A stretch of 56,068 nt of DNA, filler included, from Sphacelaria rigidula (Eukaryota): the NCBI GenBank assembly GCA_964200075.2. It is 4 parts of 4 records of this genome, joined end to end, with 100 filler letters (N's around TTAATTAATTAA, not from the genome) between each part and the next. Parts side by side here need not be neighbours in the genome. Positions count along the whole stretch, not along the records: positions 14,045 to 27,986 come from CAXNAA020002565.1; positions 28,087 to 42,027 come from CAXNAA020002566.1; 2 more parts are not named here. One strand, 5' to 3'. The position numbers and the translations under genes are program-made. Below, piece by piece: positions 24,478-35,819 of the stretch. The notes below the pieces were generated by a model. The model was given only the letters and a program-made list of their open reading frames with translations. It ran no database searches and was not told where the DNA came from. Every line of letters starts with the position of its first letter. Positions within the stretch are counted from its first letter, which is position 1.

Positions 24478-26520
24478 GGTTCACCTGATGCCTTCCAGAC
24501 AAGACTGGGTGTGTGCAGTATGACAACCATATCCCGATTAGAAAACGACATCTGACACGCGTTCCGTCAGGGCCGAACAGCAGACTCCGGTGAGAACCAA
24601 GTTTAGCGGCACCTGAGTCCCCCTTGTGAGAGAGAAAAATGCGACGGAGATCGACCACTGCTCTATCTGCGTGTGCCGGATTCTTCAGCTTTTCACGAGC
24701 AAGCGGATTCATTTGTGTGCCTGGAAATGTTGTGCGGGGCAGGCGATGTCAGGTACCAGTATAATCTTTGAAAACATGATCGCTGCGTCTGTGCTGTTGT
24801 TGATGTGTTGCGGTGGCAGGTTCATCTTCATGTGACTGCCGGAAAGGCTCACCCACAAGAGCACCCGCGCCGCTCTTGAGTGCTTCATGCCCCATGTCGT
24901 AGATGAACGCTGTACTGTGTTGCGGGTAATCTTGGGTGACCGATGTTCCGCTGATGTGCTCAACATGTTGAACCAAGGACAGCTGACTGGGTAATGGGTA
25001 ACTGGCACAGGCATCAGCTACCAACTATACCCGAAATAAGTACTTACACTATTATGCTACAACGCGGTCGAGTCAGATGGATTTTTATTGCACCGCGCCG
25101 CTGGGAGGAAGGTGAATGCCTCCATGATTGAAGTGATTGTTGCCCTGTACCCCATCACCGTTTTTATAACGTATCTCAGCGCTTGCAGTTCCTGCTCGTT
25201 TTCATTGCCACTGGTACGACCCATTTTTCCGCCTTCACGTGCATAGATCTAACGATAGAATCCATTGTTGCAGGGCTGGAGGTATGTCTTGGGTGTCTTA
25301 CCTTAACTACAACTCTAAATATAAGTCATAAATGAGTTCCACGTCGAATGTAATGGGGAATATTGAAAATAGTGTTCAATTCCAGCAGCGGCAGTGCTGA
25401 TGATTTGAAGGCCGGTATCGACCGAAATCCAGAAAAATCAGTCTCACCATTAACGGAGAGAGATGGGGTGATTGATCCCTTGAAACCACGGACTCATCCC
25501 GAGGATGGGGAGGGGTTCCAGAGAGCGACAAAAAACATTTAGAACAAAGGGATTTTGCTCCTCGACAGGATGGGTGTTGGATATAAGAGGAGTGAAACGA
25601 AGCAGGTTTGAAATCACAGGCTCGTCCCCCTCCACATGCTTCATCGCTTTTATGATAGCTTTTACCAAGAACATTTGATGTGCTTGTTTTATTTCGACGC
25701 GTAGCGGAATACGGTGACAGCGATTGTCTTTGACACGCCTCATTACTAATCCATTTTCTACGGGATTCGTGTCGCTATAACTGCAGTGGACGATCAGGAG
25801 CGGAAGGTCACACAAAATTTCGATTTGCGCTCCGCTGTCGAGTTTTTGTAAAAATCCCTTCAGCGCCCATGAGCCAGCAGGCCGTCCTTTTTCTTCCTCG
25901 ACCGGAATCGGAATAACTGTTTTTGATGGAAACACAACGCCTACATAGCAAGCTCGTTACCACGCACATGCGCGCATCACAGACATCACACCACTACATT
26001 GGACGACAGTAAAGTCTGTGGTCAGCTATTCGTTGATAAGGCTACGGGGAATTTGTGTCGAGATTTTTTATAGGTGACCCGCGAAGATCGGCACCACGAA
26101 TATTATATTTTTGATGAGGGGAAATCTTGAACAGGACCAAAGCTATACTTTTTCTTTTGTCGATATGGATAAATTTTTTTGGTACCGTCCCAACATAATT
26201 GGGGTTGACGGACTCACTTTAATTAAGTGAATCGCTGACCAGAACTCGAGAAAGGGAACATAAGGGGAATATAAACGAAACTGAGTAGCTTCACATGCAC
26301 ACCAGGTCACTAACTCGTAGCGGTCCAATGACGTTGGTGGCAGCCATAATCGGGGCAAAGTCGCAGCTGTGCAAATATTTTGAGGCTAACCTGGGTCGAC
26401 TCTTGCGCAAGCGGACGTAGTTTATGGTTTCAACACCAACTACACGGGTGTTGAGCAGCCGGGTTTCTGCTTGTCCGCGTTGTGAGTTCCAACGCACTTT
26501 ATGTATATCACCGTTGCCAG

Positions 26521-27841
26521 GAAGTGCGCGAGTTGGCTGCGAGTCCTATCGAAAACTTCTTCAACGGGCTAGCGGATATGATGACTCCCCAAACACCGGA
26601 AGGCAGGCCACTGGAGGAACTGTCCGAAGGCTTTGAGCAGGAAGAGATGGAGCAACGAGATATGAATGAGTTCCGCCGAGGGCTTATCAAGCAAGCAAGG
26701 TTGCGTCATGCTTTGGGGTTTGCTCTCGTACTTGCTGGCTTTTTCTGTACGTCGTTGCCTTGAAGTAAAAAGCCGCAGTACTGGTGTACTAGGCGGGTGC
26801 TAGATGCCTCGGCGTAATCGCAAGTAAGCTATTAATATGTCGTTCTGGTGCGCTTTGTCGTTTCCTGTGATTTTCACCGAGGCTGAAGACTTGTAGATAC
26901 GTCAGGTTACAATGAGCAGTGGAGATGGCGTCTCCTGTCTTCTATTTGCAGCCATTTTCCACGCATGTTTTCCCGCTGTACATTGGCTGTCGGGTGACCC
27001 CTCCTCCCATTCCGCGCATGTGCTCGACAATGCATCTCGACAGGAATGATTTTTTCAGGAAGCAAGAAGAGTTTACTGGCTACGATATGTATGATCTCAT
27101 CGTCGACAAATTCGAGGTACCATATGATATCACGATAAACAAGACAATCTTTGCGGGGAAGCCGGTGCTCTGCTTGAACGTCATGTGGAAGTGAGTTGAA
27201 GAATGAAGACGTGGATTTTATGCCTTGATCCAACGGCACTGCCTCTCTCAGCTCGTGTGTAGTCACACAAAAACACTCATCATACCTATGTGACCCATGC
27301 TCGACAGCTGTGATTGAATATATTTGGGCACCTGTGTGTGTGTGTTGTCGTCCCATCTATTCCGGACGCCGGTCTACACCTTTCGGTATATGTGGGCGCA
27401 CCAGCCGGGGTCACGCAGGAGGAAGGTCAACACGGGAGTTTTTTTGTTCGTTTGTTTTCAGTACCCCACCTTCCTTCTGCGATGCGTGCCTATATTTTTT
27501 ATCGCGAGAGGGATTCAGCACTCCCTTTCCCTCGTCGACCGTCTAGTCGAATTTTGTGTACCCACGGCATAGTTGCTCTCCACTGTTGGGCATAGTGTGA
27601 AAAAAATCTCAGATCACTCCGAGATTTGAACCCACAACCCAACCGTCAGAAGGTTTCGAGGTTACCAACTTAGCCACCGGGGCGACCGGCATGGTATAGA
27701 GTAGTAACCTTCTCGACCCCTTGTGACAATTCTGGCCGTGTTGGCTGACAGGTATTTGGGTCAGAGCAGTTTCCATCTCTCGAAACAAGAGTACCTGGAG
27801 CACCTGGAGGCTCTCGCGCAGCTCCTGAAGGAGTGGGACAG
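26521..27841 (+). CDS. DUF3067 family protein (cyanobacterial/plastid type), partial
   Basis: Exons 26521-26699, 27044-27190 and 27752-27841 in consistent phase: FTGYDMYDLIVDKFEVPYDITINKTIFAGKPVLCLNVMWKYLGQSSFHLSKQEYLEHLEALAQLLKEWD. The 5' exons are uncertain and the 3' end is cut off by the contig end. Confidence 0.85.
27334..27690 (-). mobile_element. tRNA-derived SINE (family S1), full length, in a DUF3067 intron
   Basis: A/B-box head at ~27615-27690 on the minus strand, plus body and (CA)n tail. It matches 3221-3460, 6828-7183 and partial copies at 4486-4570, 5595-5672 and 49985-50130. Confidence 0.82.
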
Positions 27842-27986
27842 GTGAGAGTCACGACGTGGACGTTTGTTTTGGTGAGTCCAAGCACGCCGTGAAGTATAAA
27901 GGACGGGTGAGTACGAGGCACTACTGAGGACCGACGCCCGGATGGGTAGGGTGACTCGTGTACAGAGTCGAGCTAGGGGACACTGT

Positions 27987-28086
27987 NNNNNNNNNNNNNN
28001 NNNNNNNNNNNNNNNNNNNNNNNNNNNNNNTTAATTAATTAANNNNNNNNNNNNNNNNNNNNNNNNNNNNNNNNNNNNNNNNNNNN
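27987..28086. other. Artificial contig linker (N44-TTAATTAATTAA-N44)
   Basis: Same 100-bp spacer, with TTAATTAATTAA at 28031-28042. Confidence 0.97.
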
Positions 28087-28210
28087 GTATGCTAGGGTGG
28101 GAAACAAGTGATACAGAAACGGTAAAACAGCACGCGAACAGACCAGCGACTTCAAGGAGGGCGGCAATCACGCGCAAGGGGGTATTGATATTGTCGCAGG
28201 TCGAGACGCG

Positions 28211-28421
28211 CGTAATGCGTGAGAGGACCGCGTGCTTAGCGGACCGCATCGGAATTTGAACATCCCCATGGTTAGGGTTAGGGTTAGGGTTAGTGTTGGG
28301 GTTATGGTCAGGGGCGTGGTACCTGCAGGGACTGGCCCGATTGGTTTCGAAAAACGTCGATCCTGCGGTGTTCTGAACTACGGCGCGGTCCTTTAAGCAC
28401 GCGGTCCTCTCACGCATTACA
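28211..28421 (+). mobile_element. Mini DNA transposon with TIRs and internal TTAGGG repeats (copy 1)
   Basis: TIR GTAATGCGTGAGAGGACCGCGTGC at both ends, with internal GGTTAGGGTTAGGGTTAGGGTTAG at ~28270-28293. Confidence 0.85.
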
Positions 28422-29776
28422 AAAGTCTGACTTTCTGTTATAACACGATGTCTCACAGTCCAGTCGATACTGAAGCAAACGAAACACCGAGAGAGGGCGA
28501 ACCGCTCTCATCTCAAGCTGCTATCGGTTGCAACGAAATGCGTCAACTTGCGTCTTGTTTCAACTAGAGCACGGATCCCTGTGGCGGAAAGCACATGCCT
28601 GTAGTTCAGAAGCGTACGAACAAAGATACGGTCTTCGCGCGCCAGTAGAGCTGCTCACGTCAATTCGAAGACAAACTTTCAAGATTGAAACCACTTGGTT
28701 TTAGTGAGGAAGATCTTGTTGGGAGTTTCAGAGCTCTCTCCGGCCCGCTTTAGCCCGGCCCGCGCAGGACGCGTTTTTGCTAGAATCGCCAGGCGCCGAT
28801 TTTAGCATGAACAACGCACAGAAATTGTCATTGTGCGTATCTCCTTCGTCCGAAGGTACTCGATCTGCCTGCTGTTGGGGTGTGGGTTGGGTTTAACTTC
28901 GTGGCCTGACAAAAACAAAGTGCAACAGAGATCATCACCGTTAGCCAGAGGACCGAAACGATCGAGCGTCCATCAACCTATGCAGGTGCGCAAAAAGATC
29001 TAGGCCTACCGATGTATTGTGGACTCGCGTCGTGCGGACTCTCATACTCGCGCGATTGAGGCGTAATATACCTTCATGGGTCCCCTCTGCACTGTGTGGT
29101 GGCTGGCACAGGGTAGAGATTTTACTTCAGGCACGAAAAGTACTGCCGGGCTAAACGTCGGCGGCTTGGTGGGCGCGGAAGAAGCCGTCCTGTCCGCCCA
29201 CACCCGGTTTTTCCTGTGCGCTTTGTCGCGCACAGAATCCGTGCCCCTCCTGCTCATCTCCCGCACAGACTCCATAGCGTCGCAATCTGTGGATCAGGTT
29301 TACTAGATGAAGAAGCTTCGCAATATGTGACTATCACCTCTCTTCAAACCCGACACGCGTGCCCGCCACAAGTGTCTCCGCTGCTGCTCATATGCGCCTC
29401 GATATATTGGAACATGATCGGTAGCAGTGTTACGCCGGGGAAAAGTTTCTTTTTTATATAGCGAAATAGACGCCTCCGCGAGAAACGGTGGATGATGGCA
29501 AAAGTCCAAATTTCGCCATGAGCCTCCGCACACCTTGTGCATGCAGCTGCGGACCTGAAAGCATCGCCCAAGTGGAAGGAGTGGGCTTGAAGACGATCGA
29601 GGTGTGTTTATATAATGACAAGCAGTTCCTGTCGCAAGTTGCAACGATAATGGTGGTGTCTGCTTGGAGCAATTGCAGAATCCCTGCAGCCTGGGTAAAC
29701 ACCACCCCCCCCCCCCGTCGGACCTCACCTCCGGTGTCATGGCGTAGTACGGCGCTCGCATGACGCCACCGGCAGA

Positions 29777-31150
29777 GACTAGGAGGGTGTTTTCGCCATC
29801 TACAGAGATCATTTTTCCCATAGGAAGAGGTTGTGTTGAAATCTATCCATGCTGTAACTTAAACGGCGTGACTGAAGTTTGAAAAAGTTTAAAACTTTTA
29901 TCCGCGCCAGTGTAGGGCCATCTTGACTGCCGTGTACTTCACCAACAGCACATATAAGAGCAAAATAGAGCACACCACAGCGCAGCGCTGCGGAGCGCAG
30001 CGCAGCGCAGTACAGTACAGTGCAGTGCAGTTCAACATAGTAGAGTACGGCACAACACAGTACAGTACAGTGTAGTATAGTATAATGCACCACGGTAAAG
30101 TTCAGTGCCGTACAGAGCACTGTGCTGCCGGCGAAATGTATAGTCTATTAATAGTGCTAGCTCCATGCTGAAGGGCGTTCACAGCAAGAAACGTGAAATT
30201 CTTTGAAACAAGGTTGAAGCGACTAGGAGGGTGTTTTCGCCATCTACAGAGATCAATTTTTCCATAGGAAGAGGTTGTGTTGAAATCCATCCATGCCGTA
30301 ACTTAAACGATGTGACTGAAGTTTGAAAAAGTTTTAAACTTTTATCCGCACCAGTGCACGGGCCATCTTGACTGTTGTGTACTTCACCAACAGCACATAT
30401 AAGAGCAAGATAGAGCACACCACAGCGCAGTACAGTACAGTACAGTTTAATTGAATGCACGTAAATCCAGGCACTCCGGGAGGACCTCCACGATGGCGCA
30501 GAGGGGGTCAATCGGGTAGAAGCCCGTAGGCAGAATCCTTGACTGCATATTTATTCATTGATGCATATTATATCTGACGAACTGGAACAGACTGGAACGA
30601 ACTGGGACGAACACAACAACTGAATACTGTGGGGAAACCCAACCGCGCAAATCGGCAAAACTCATCTCCCCTCCCAGCCATCAATCACACGAGCGCAGCA
30701 TAACCACACATCCTATAATTGCGTCAAACACCATAATCTTACATGGACACACAAAGTGCTACAATCGTCGTTGTTGCTACACACCACAAGCGACCGTGCC
30801 TATACCATGAATTATCATGTGTCGCATCAGATATATTTTCATTTTACGTCGAATTTAACCGTCGCAAACAGTACCTGCACTTATTGACCGTTTATACCCG
30901 ATCCTCAACCGAGGTACGAACATACTCCAGGCAAATCCAATCAACCATGTATATCATACTTGAGTGTGAGTATATTCGATTACAGTTTAACCTAGTAGAG
31001 TACGGCACAGTACAGTACAGTATAATGCACTACAGTAAAGTTCAGTGCCGTACAGAGCATTGTGCTGCCGGCGAAGTACATAGTGCTAGCTCTGTGCTAA
31101 AGGGCGTTCACAGCAAGAAACATGGAGTTCTATAAAACGAGTTTGCAGCG
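29777..31150. repeat. Tandem duplication of a 444-bp unit; second copy interrupted by a 530-bp insertion
   Basis: GACTAGGAGGGTGTTTTCGCC at 29777 and 30221. Insert 30451-30980 is flanked by TACAGTTTAA at 30441-30450 and 30981-30990. Confidence 0.85.
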
Positions 31151-31158
31151 TTGTAGTA

Positions 31159-31508
31159 AGGTTTTAAGCCCAAAATAGTGATTTCCCCACACTTTCAGCG
31201 ATGATGCCAAAATAGCATTTTGTCCGAATCATGCCCCTTGATCGGGTAGGTACGTCTTCAGCGCATTTACCGACTCTGTGAGCGTATACAGCACTGCCCT
31301 AACCCGTCATTTTCTCTCATTTTGTTATGGAGGGGGGGGGGGGGGGGTGTCAGGGGAAACGATGGATTTGGCCGGCGCGGTAAGCTCACACAGTCGGTAA
31401 AATGCGCAGAAGAAGTATCTACGCGATCGAGGGGCGTTAGGCTGACGACAAAGTCATGGGGCACCATCGCTGACAGTGTAGGGAAAGCACTGTTTTGGGC
31501 TTGAACCT
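31159..31508. mobile_element. MITE with ~125-bp imperfect TIRs and TA target site
   Basis: TA|AGGTTTTAAGCCCAAAATAGTG...GCATTTACCGACTCTGTGAGC versus GCTCACACAGTCGGTAAAATGC...CACTGTTTTGGGCTTGAACCT|TA. Confidence 0.75.
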
Positions 31509-32582
31509 TATTTCATCGCTGCGACCTCGTTTTATAGAATCGCCTGTTTGAAAGAAAACGCTACATAGAGTACAAGCGTGTATAACGTAATATGATGAAG
31601 ATGTATCTACATCACGTGCTAAAAATAGCGGGGCCGTAAAAAATCGACGACCTGCGTTGTGCACCAGCGAAGGTACAACTCGCACTTCGTGTCTGTCCCG
31701 AGCTGGAGCAGAAGCCCTATTTAGTAATCTGACTCCCGGAATCAAAGAAGTAACTCATGGCGTTGGTCGAGATTTCCGTCCTTGACATGGAGATAGATTT
31801 GCACTTCTCATTTTTCATGGTACTTCAGAATTACGATAGGACGCAGCGACCGCTACATGCGACAGAGAACATCTACCTCCGTCGCCACAGGAGACGAGAA
31901 CATGAGAATGGCAGGGTAGATGGCACGCTCGATCAGAAGCGTTGGTGTTCAACTCCCCCACCCAACCTCCCCCCCCCTTGTACATACCCTCGCGGCAGAT
32001 GTGGAGGATCCCCAGGGCTAACTCGTGGGATGTGACGTCCGGGCGTTTGCTGAGACGCCGCCCGGGGCAGCCCGAGCGTCACATACGACACCAGCACCGA
32101 TCCCCAGGTAAGAGCATCTTCAATTGACTATTTGAGTAACCCCCCGAGCTATTGCAGATGATGATCGCACGCTCCTCACTGCTTCCTTTGAGGGGATGAC
32201 TGCGACTTTCGAACCAAACGTAGGACGTGAGCGTATGTGGAAATGTATAGGCTTATATGTACGCACAAGATTCCCCGACCCTGACTCAGTACATGTCAAA
32301 TATTGCACAGAACTAAGTTCCTGCACACACACACGCGTTGTTGCATGTTACGCGGGCAGGTAGTGAAAGACCTGCGTATCTACGGCTGCCATCCCGCCCG
32401 GCACGTGCCACAAATGTGGCCGAGAGAACTTCTGGGCCGACAGGCGTAGAACCCGCAGTGTCGATGTCAAACATGAGGGCAATTGCTGGCGGCCATGTCG
32501 GCGACGAAGACGCAGGAGGAGAGGAGCCCAGTCCCCAATCGTATGGAACACTAGTCGACGCTCCCGCGCAGGGGTTACGGAG

Positions 32583-34469
32583 ATGCCGCGATCGTATCTT
32601 GCCGCGTTGACAGGCTGCGACAGGGGGGGGGAAGCGGAGGCAGGCGGATCACCCGCGCACGGTGACGTGCTCCCTGACCCTTCTCCTCGTTCCTCGCAAC
32701 GTCACCTGTTGTGGTGGCGTCATGGCAGTGGGCCTGATAGGAGTATCCACAGCGCACCTGGACCCGGTATAGGTGAGGGAGAGATGTCCACAGTCCACTT
32801 CATCATACACTCAGGAACGTTGTTCGGGAAATCCCTGAAGAAGTGGCTCGTGACTTCCAGCGATACTGATCAATGGATTATTGTTCTTCTGGCGATGTCC
32901 TCCGGGTGTATCAAGCCGCATGGCGCAGGCGCCGCGCTAGTCACTGTAAAACGCATCGTCAACGGTGGCCCCCAGTACATATTGGTGAACCGGGTGTACA
33001 ATGCGATCGAGAGCCTGAGGGACGGGAGCCACAGTGCTTGGCCGCCCAACGGCCAGTACGATTGGCTGACACCATCAATCAAGGTGGCACTGTTCGTTTT
33101 GACGTATCTGCTGGCCGGGTGCGATTTCTTACCACATGTGTCCGGGATTCCTTTCCTCAAGATGTGGGATTTCGTTCTGAAGGCCATTCGCACGCCGAAC
33201 CTCTTCACGAAAGCGATACTAGCGGACAAAGATGGGAGGCTCAGGGTGGAAATGGACGGGGGCGTGAAGCTGTTGGCCACGGTTTTCTTCTTCAGGTATG
33301 AAAACGCTTTCGCACAAGTTGCCACGGATCCTGGAATTCTGTTCACCACGTGTGGGCAAGACTTGGCATCGCACGTGAACAAGATCCGCTTGTGTATCAC
33401 CACAGCGCATGGGCATCAGCCTTCCCGCTACTTCCCAGACTTGGACGCCTGTAAGAAGCACGTCAGTAAGTCCGATGCGGTGTTCGAATACTGGGGGGGA
33501 AGCTTCCTACGCAGCATGTCCCCAGTGAACTTCAACGGACGTGGGTGGGGTATAGAACCTGAGAGGAGGACTCACCACAAGGGTGGTGTAAGATCGTCGA
33601 GCACGGCGGGGGTGGAGCTGTCACGCGATAACATTGTGGTGTACTTGTCGAGTCACACATACGTCGACACATCCGGAAACGTGCAAACCCTCACATGTGG
33701 ATGCAGCCCGGAAAGGGCGGCGTCAAAACACAGATGCCGGAGTTGCAGGTGTTTGGGGAACTGCACTCTGAGCTGCGGTTGCCAGGGTCGCTGCTTCTTG
33801 CCTCCGCCCCCTTCACGAGCGGCCGCCGCGAAACCCGCTGAGGAGACCGGCGACGGACAGAGCGGTGCACGTGGCCAATCGCGAAACGGAAGAAGCCGAT
33901 CAACAGTGAAGCATTCGATGGATGAGTCGGCTGCATCACGTGGAATGGGAGCGGCATCTCGAGCAAGCAGCGCAGCAGGGACACATGTTGATACGACTGA
34001 TGGTGAGGAGCCTCGGCGCGGCGCCGGGGGGGAGTTGGGAGGGGGAGCGCACTCGGGACCAGATCGGATCAGTGAAACCGCCGGCGTAGATGGCCACGCA
34101 GGCGAGCAATCGCGCAACGGGAAAACCCGCTCAACAGCGAAGCATGTAAGGGGCGAGTCGGCTGCATCACGCGTAAGGGGCGCGGCAAGTGGAGCGAGCA
34201 ACACGCCAGGGGCACTTGTTGGTGTGACCGATGGTGGCGGGCGTTACTGGCCCTGCGGCGGGGAGCCGGGGATAGGGGGGGCGCATCCGGGGCAAGATCC
34301 CATCGGTGGCTACTTTAGCGACGGCGGATTAGATGAACCCGTCAGACACAAGCTCAGCTCTGCAGCCGGGATCTGGATCGGAGATTCTGACTCAGAATGC
34401 AGCGGGTCCGAGAGGGAGGACTCGGCGTCGGCAGCGGTCGACGACCATGAGGAAGATTTCGCGTTCTGA
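32583..34469 (+). CDS. PIN-fold 5'-nuclease (XPG/FEN1/XRN-like) plus Cys-rich CXC-like domain; AcademX-like transposon protein C-terminal part
   Basis: 628-codon intronless ORF. Acidic motifs PGIGEGE and VTSSDTD, an H3TH-like LLAGCDFLPHVSGI, then CGC-x10-CRSCRCLGNCTLSCGCQGRC. The C-terminus is low complexity with a 77-aa duplication. The true start codon is uncertain. Confidence 0.72.
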   Translation: MPRSYLAALTGCDRGGEAEAGGSPAHGDVLPDPSPRSSQRHLLWWRHGSGPDRSIHSAPGPGIGEGEMSTVHFIIHSGTLFGKSLKKWLVTSSDTDQWIIVLLAMSSGCIKPHGAGAALVTVKRIVNGGPQYILVNRVYNAIESLRDGSHSAWPPNGQYDWLTPSIKVALFVLTYLLAGCDFLPHVSGIPFLKMWDFVLKAIRTPNLFTKAILADKDGRLRVEMDGGVKLLATVFFFRYENAFAQVATDPGILFTTCGQDLASHVNKIRLCITTAHGHQPSRYFPDLDACKKHVSKSDAVFEYWGGSFLRSMSPVNFNGRGWGIEPERRTHHKGGVRSSSTAGVELSRDNIVVYLSSHTYVDTSGNVQTLTCGCSPERAASKHRCRSCRCLGNCTLSCGCQGRCFLPPPPSRAAAAKPAEETGDGQSGARGQSRNGRSRSTVKHSMDESAASRGMGAASRASSAAGTHVDTTDGEEPRRGAGGELGGGAHSGPDRISETAGVDGHAGEQSRNGKTRSTAKHVRGESAASRVRGAASGASNTPGALVGVTDGGGRYWPCGGEPGIGGAHPGQDPIGGYFSDGGLDEPVRHKLSSAAGIWIGDSDSECSGSEREDSASAAVDDHEEDFAF

Positions 34470-35819
34470 CTTGAGTTTGCGGATAATATTGGGGCCGTTT
34501 TTTCTGTAGATAGATTGCGCAAACGTTTCTGCACAAGTCCAGTTTTTTTTTCCGCGCTGTAGTCATGAGCCGTGTCCCATGTACATGGCCATGACGGCTC
34601 GTGCATGAGCGGTGCACCGTGGGGCGCAAAAGTTTATTGGGGGTGATATGGCTACGCCCACCAGCGAATCGCCTGTGGTGTATGAGGCTATATGGTAAGG
34701 TCAATGAAGTGAGTGTTTCAACGCAGGACGACTAATCTGACCGCCACCATAGTATGCCAGTCAACCTCTCGGTTTACCGTGCAGCGCTGCCAACGCTCGC
34801 GCCTCAACGCTATGGCGTTCGCGCAGGGAGACAAGTGCCGGGAATCATCCGTATCACTATTGTGCTGAACGGTCCGACGACTGGATCGAGTGGTGTTCTT
34901 CGCCACACTCTCGCCGACATCCTTGATACTGCACGATGTACACCGAACCGGAGGGTCATCTCACCAACGGTCTCGTGCATCACACATCGGGTTGATTTTC
35001 GCCACGTTTCATTTAAACCGCATACTATAGCAAACGCAACATGTTGAACGGCTGTTTTTTTTTCTTTTTGTATATCGGTGTGGCCTTCCAACCAACGTGG
35101 AAACGCGCTGGACCTCCACTGAAAGAAGATACAAAATGAAAGAAATGTACGGCATAACGTACCACCCAACTGACGGAACAAAAAAAAAAGAATATGTCGG
35201 GGTTCGCACCCGTGACGTCCATAATTGGGGTCAACTGCGTCACTTGGATGAAAGGAGCGGAACCGTGCCACACGAAAAGTTGAATGCTGCGCCAAATTTC
35301 TGGAAGTTCTGGCCGCAATTGCACCAGGATGGCTTCCAATTAAGGACGCACAACTACGGTTGCGATGCCCACGTATTTATTTATTTTCACGGAGTTATAA
35401 CATTCTTGTAGTTTTTCAGATTTTTCAGATTACTCCAACTGTGTGTTTTTTTCCTTGGCATCCCCGGGAAGGTTTTGCATAGTGATGATAAAAATTTTGT
35501 GTCGAAATTTCAGCGCCCAACGCTTCGGATTACCAACCGTCCGGCCGGGATACATTCGCAAATCACCGTCAGCTGCCCCATTTTGTACAGTATGTTTTTG
35601 ACGCTGTTGGTTTGCCATGAGAACTGACCTCGCACGCCGGGGGGGTCACGGCCTCGCTGAAGACAGTATGGATGTGTTTGCACTCTCTGCTTTGGGCAGC
35701 AACCTCGCGCACTACCGCAGCTATGACGGCATGCACACGTTTGAAATATCTTCTGCGCTGACGGGCAACGCTCTTGTTTCCATAGAAGAGCACGGGAGAA
35801 TATATGTACGTACGACAAC

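Noticed and set aside
25450-25935. 161-aa minus-strand ORF
   Set aside because: No domain signal, it overlaps a SINE tail, and it is antisense to the probable DUF3067 5' region.
28270-28293. True chromosome telomere
   Set aside because: Only 3-4 units, internal to a TIR element and not at a contig end.
28751-34690. TAGCC...GGCTA as the TIRs of the Academ-like element
   Set aside because: Only ~5 terminal bases plus a CAGG match, and the flanks CTT and TAT are not a convincing TSD. The boundaries are left undefined.
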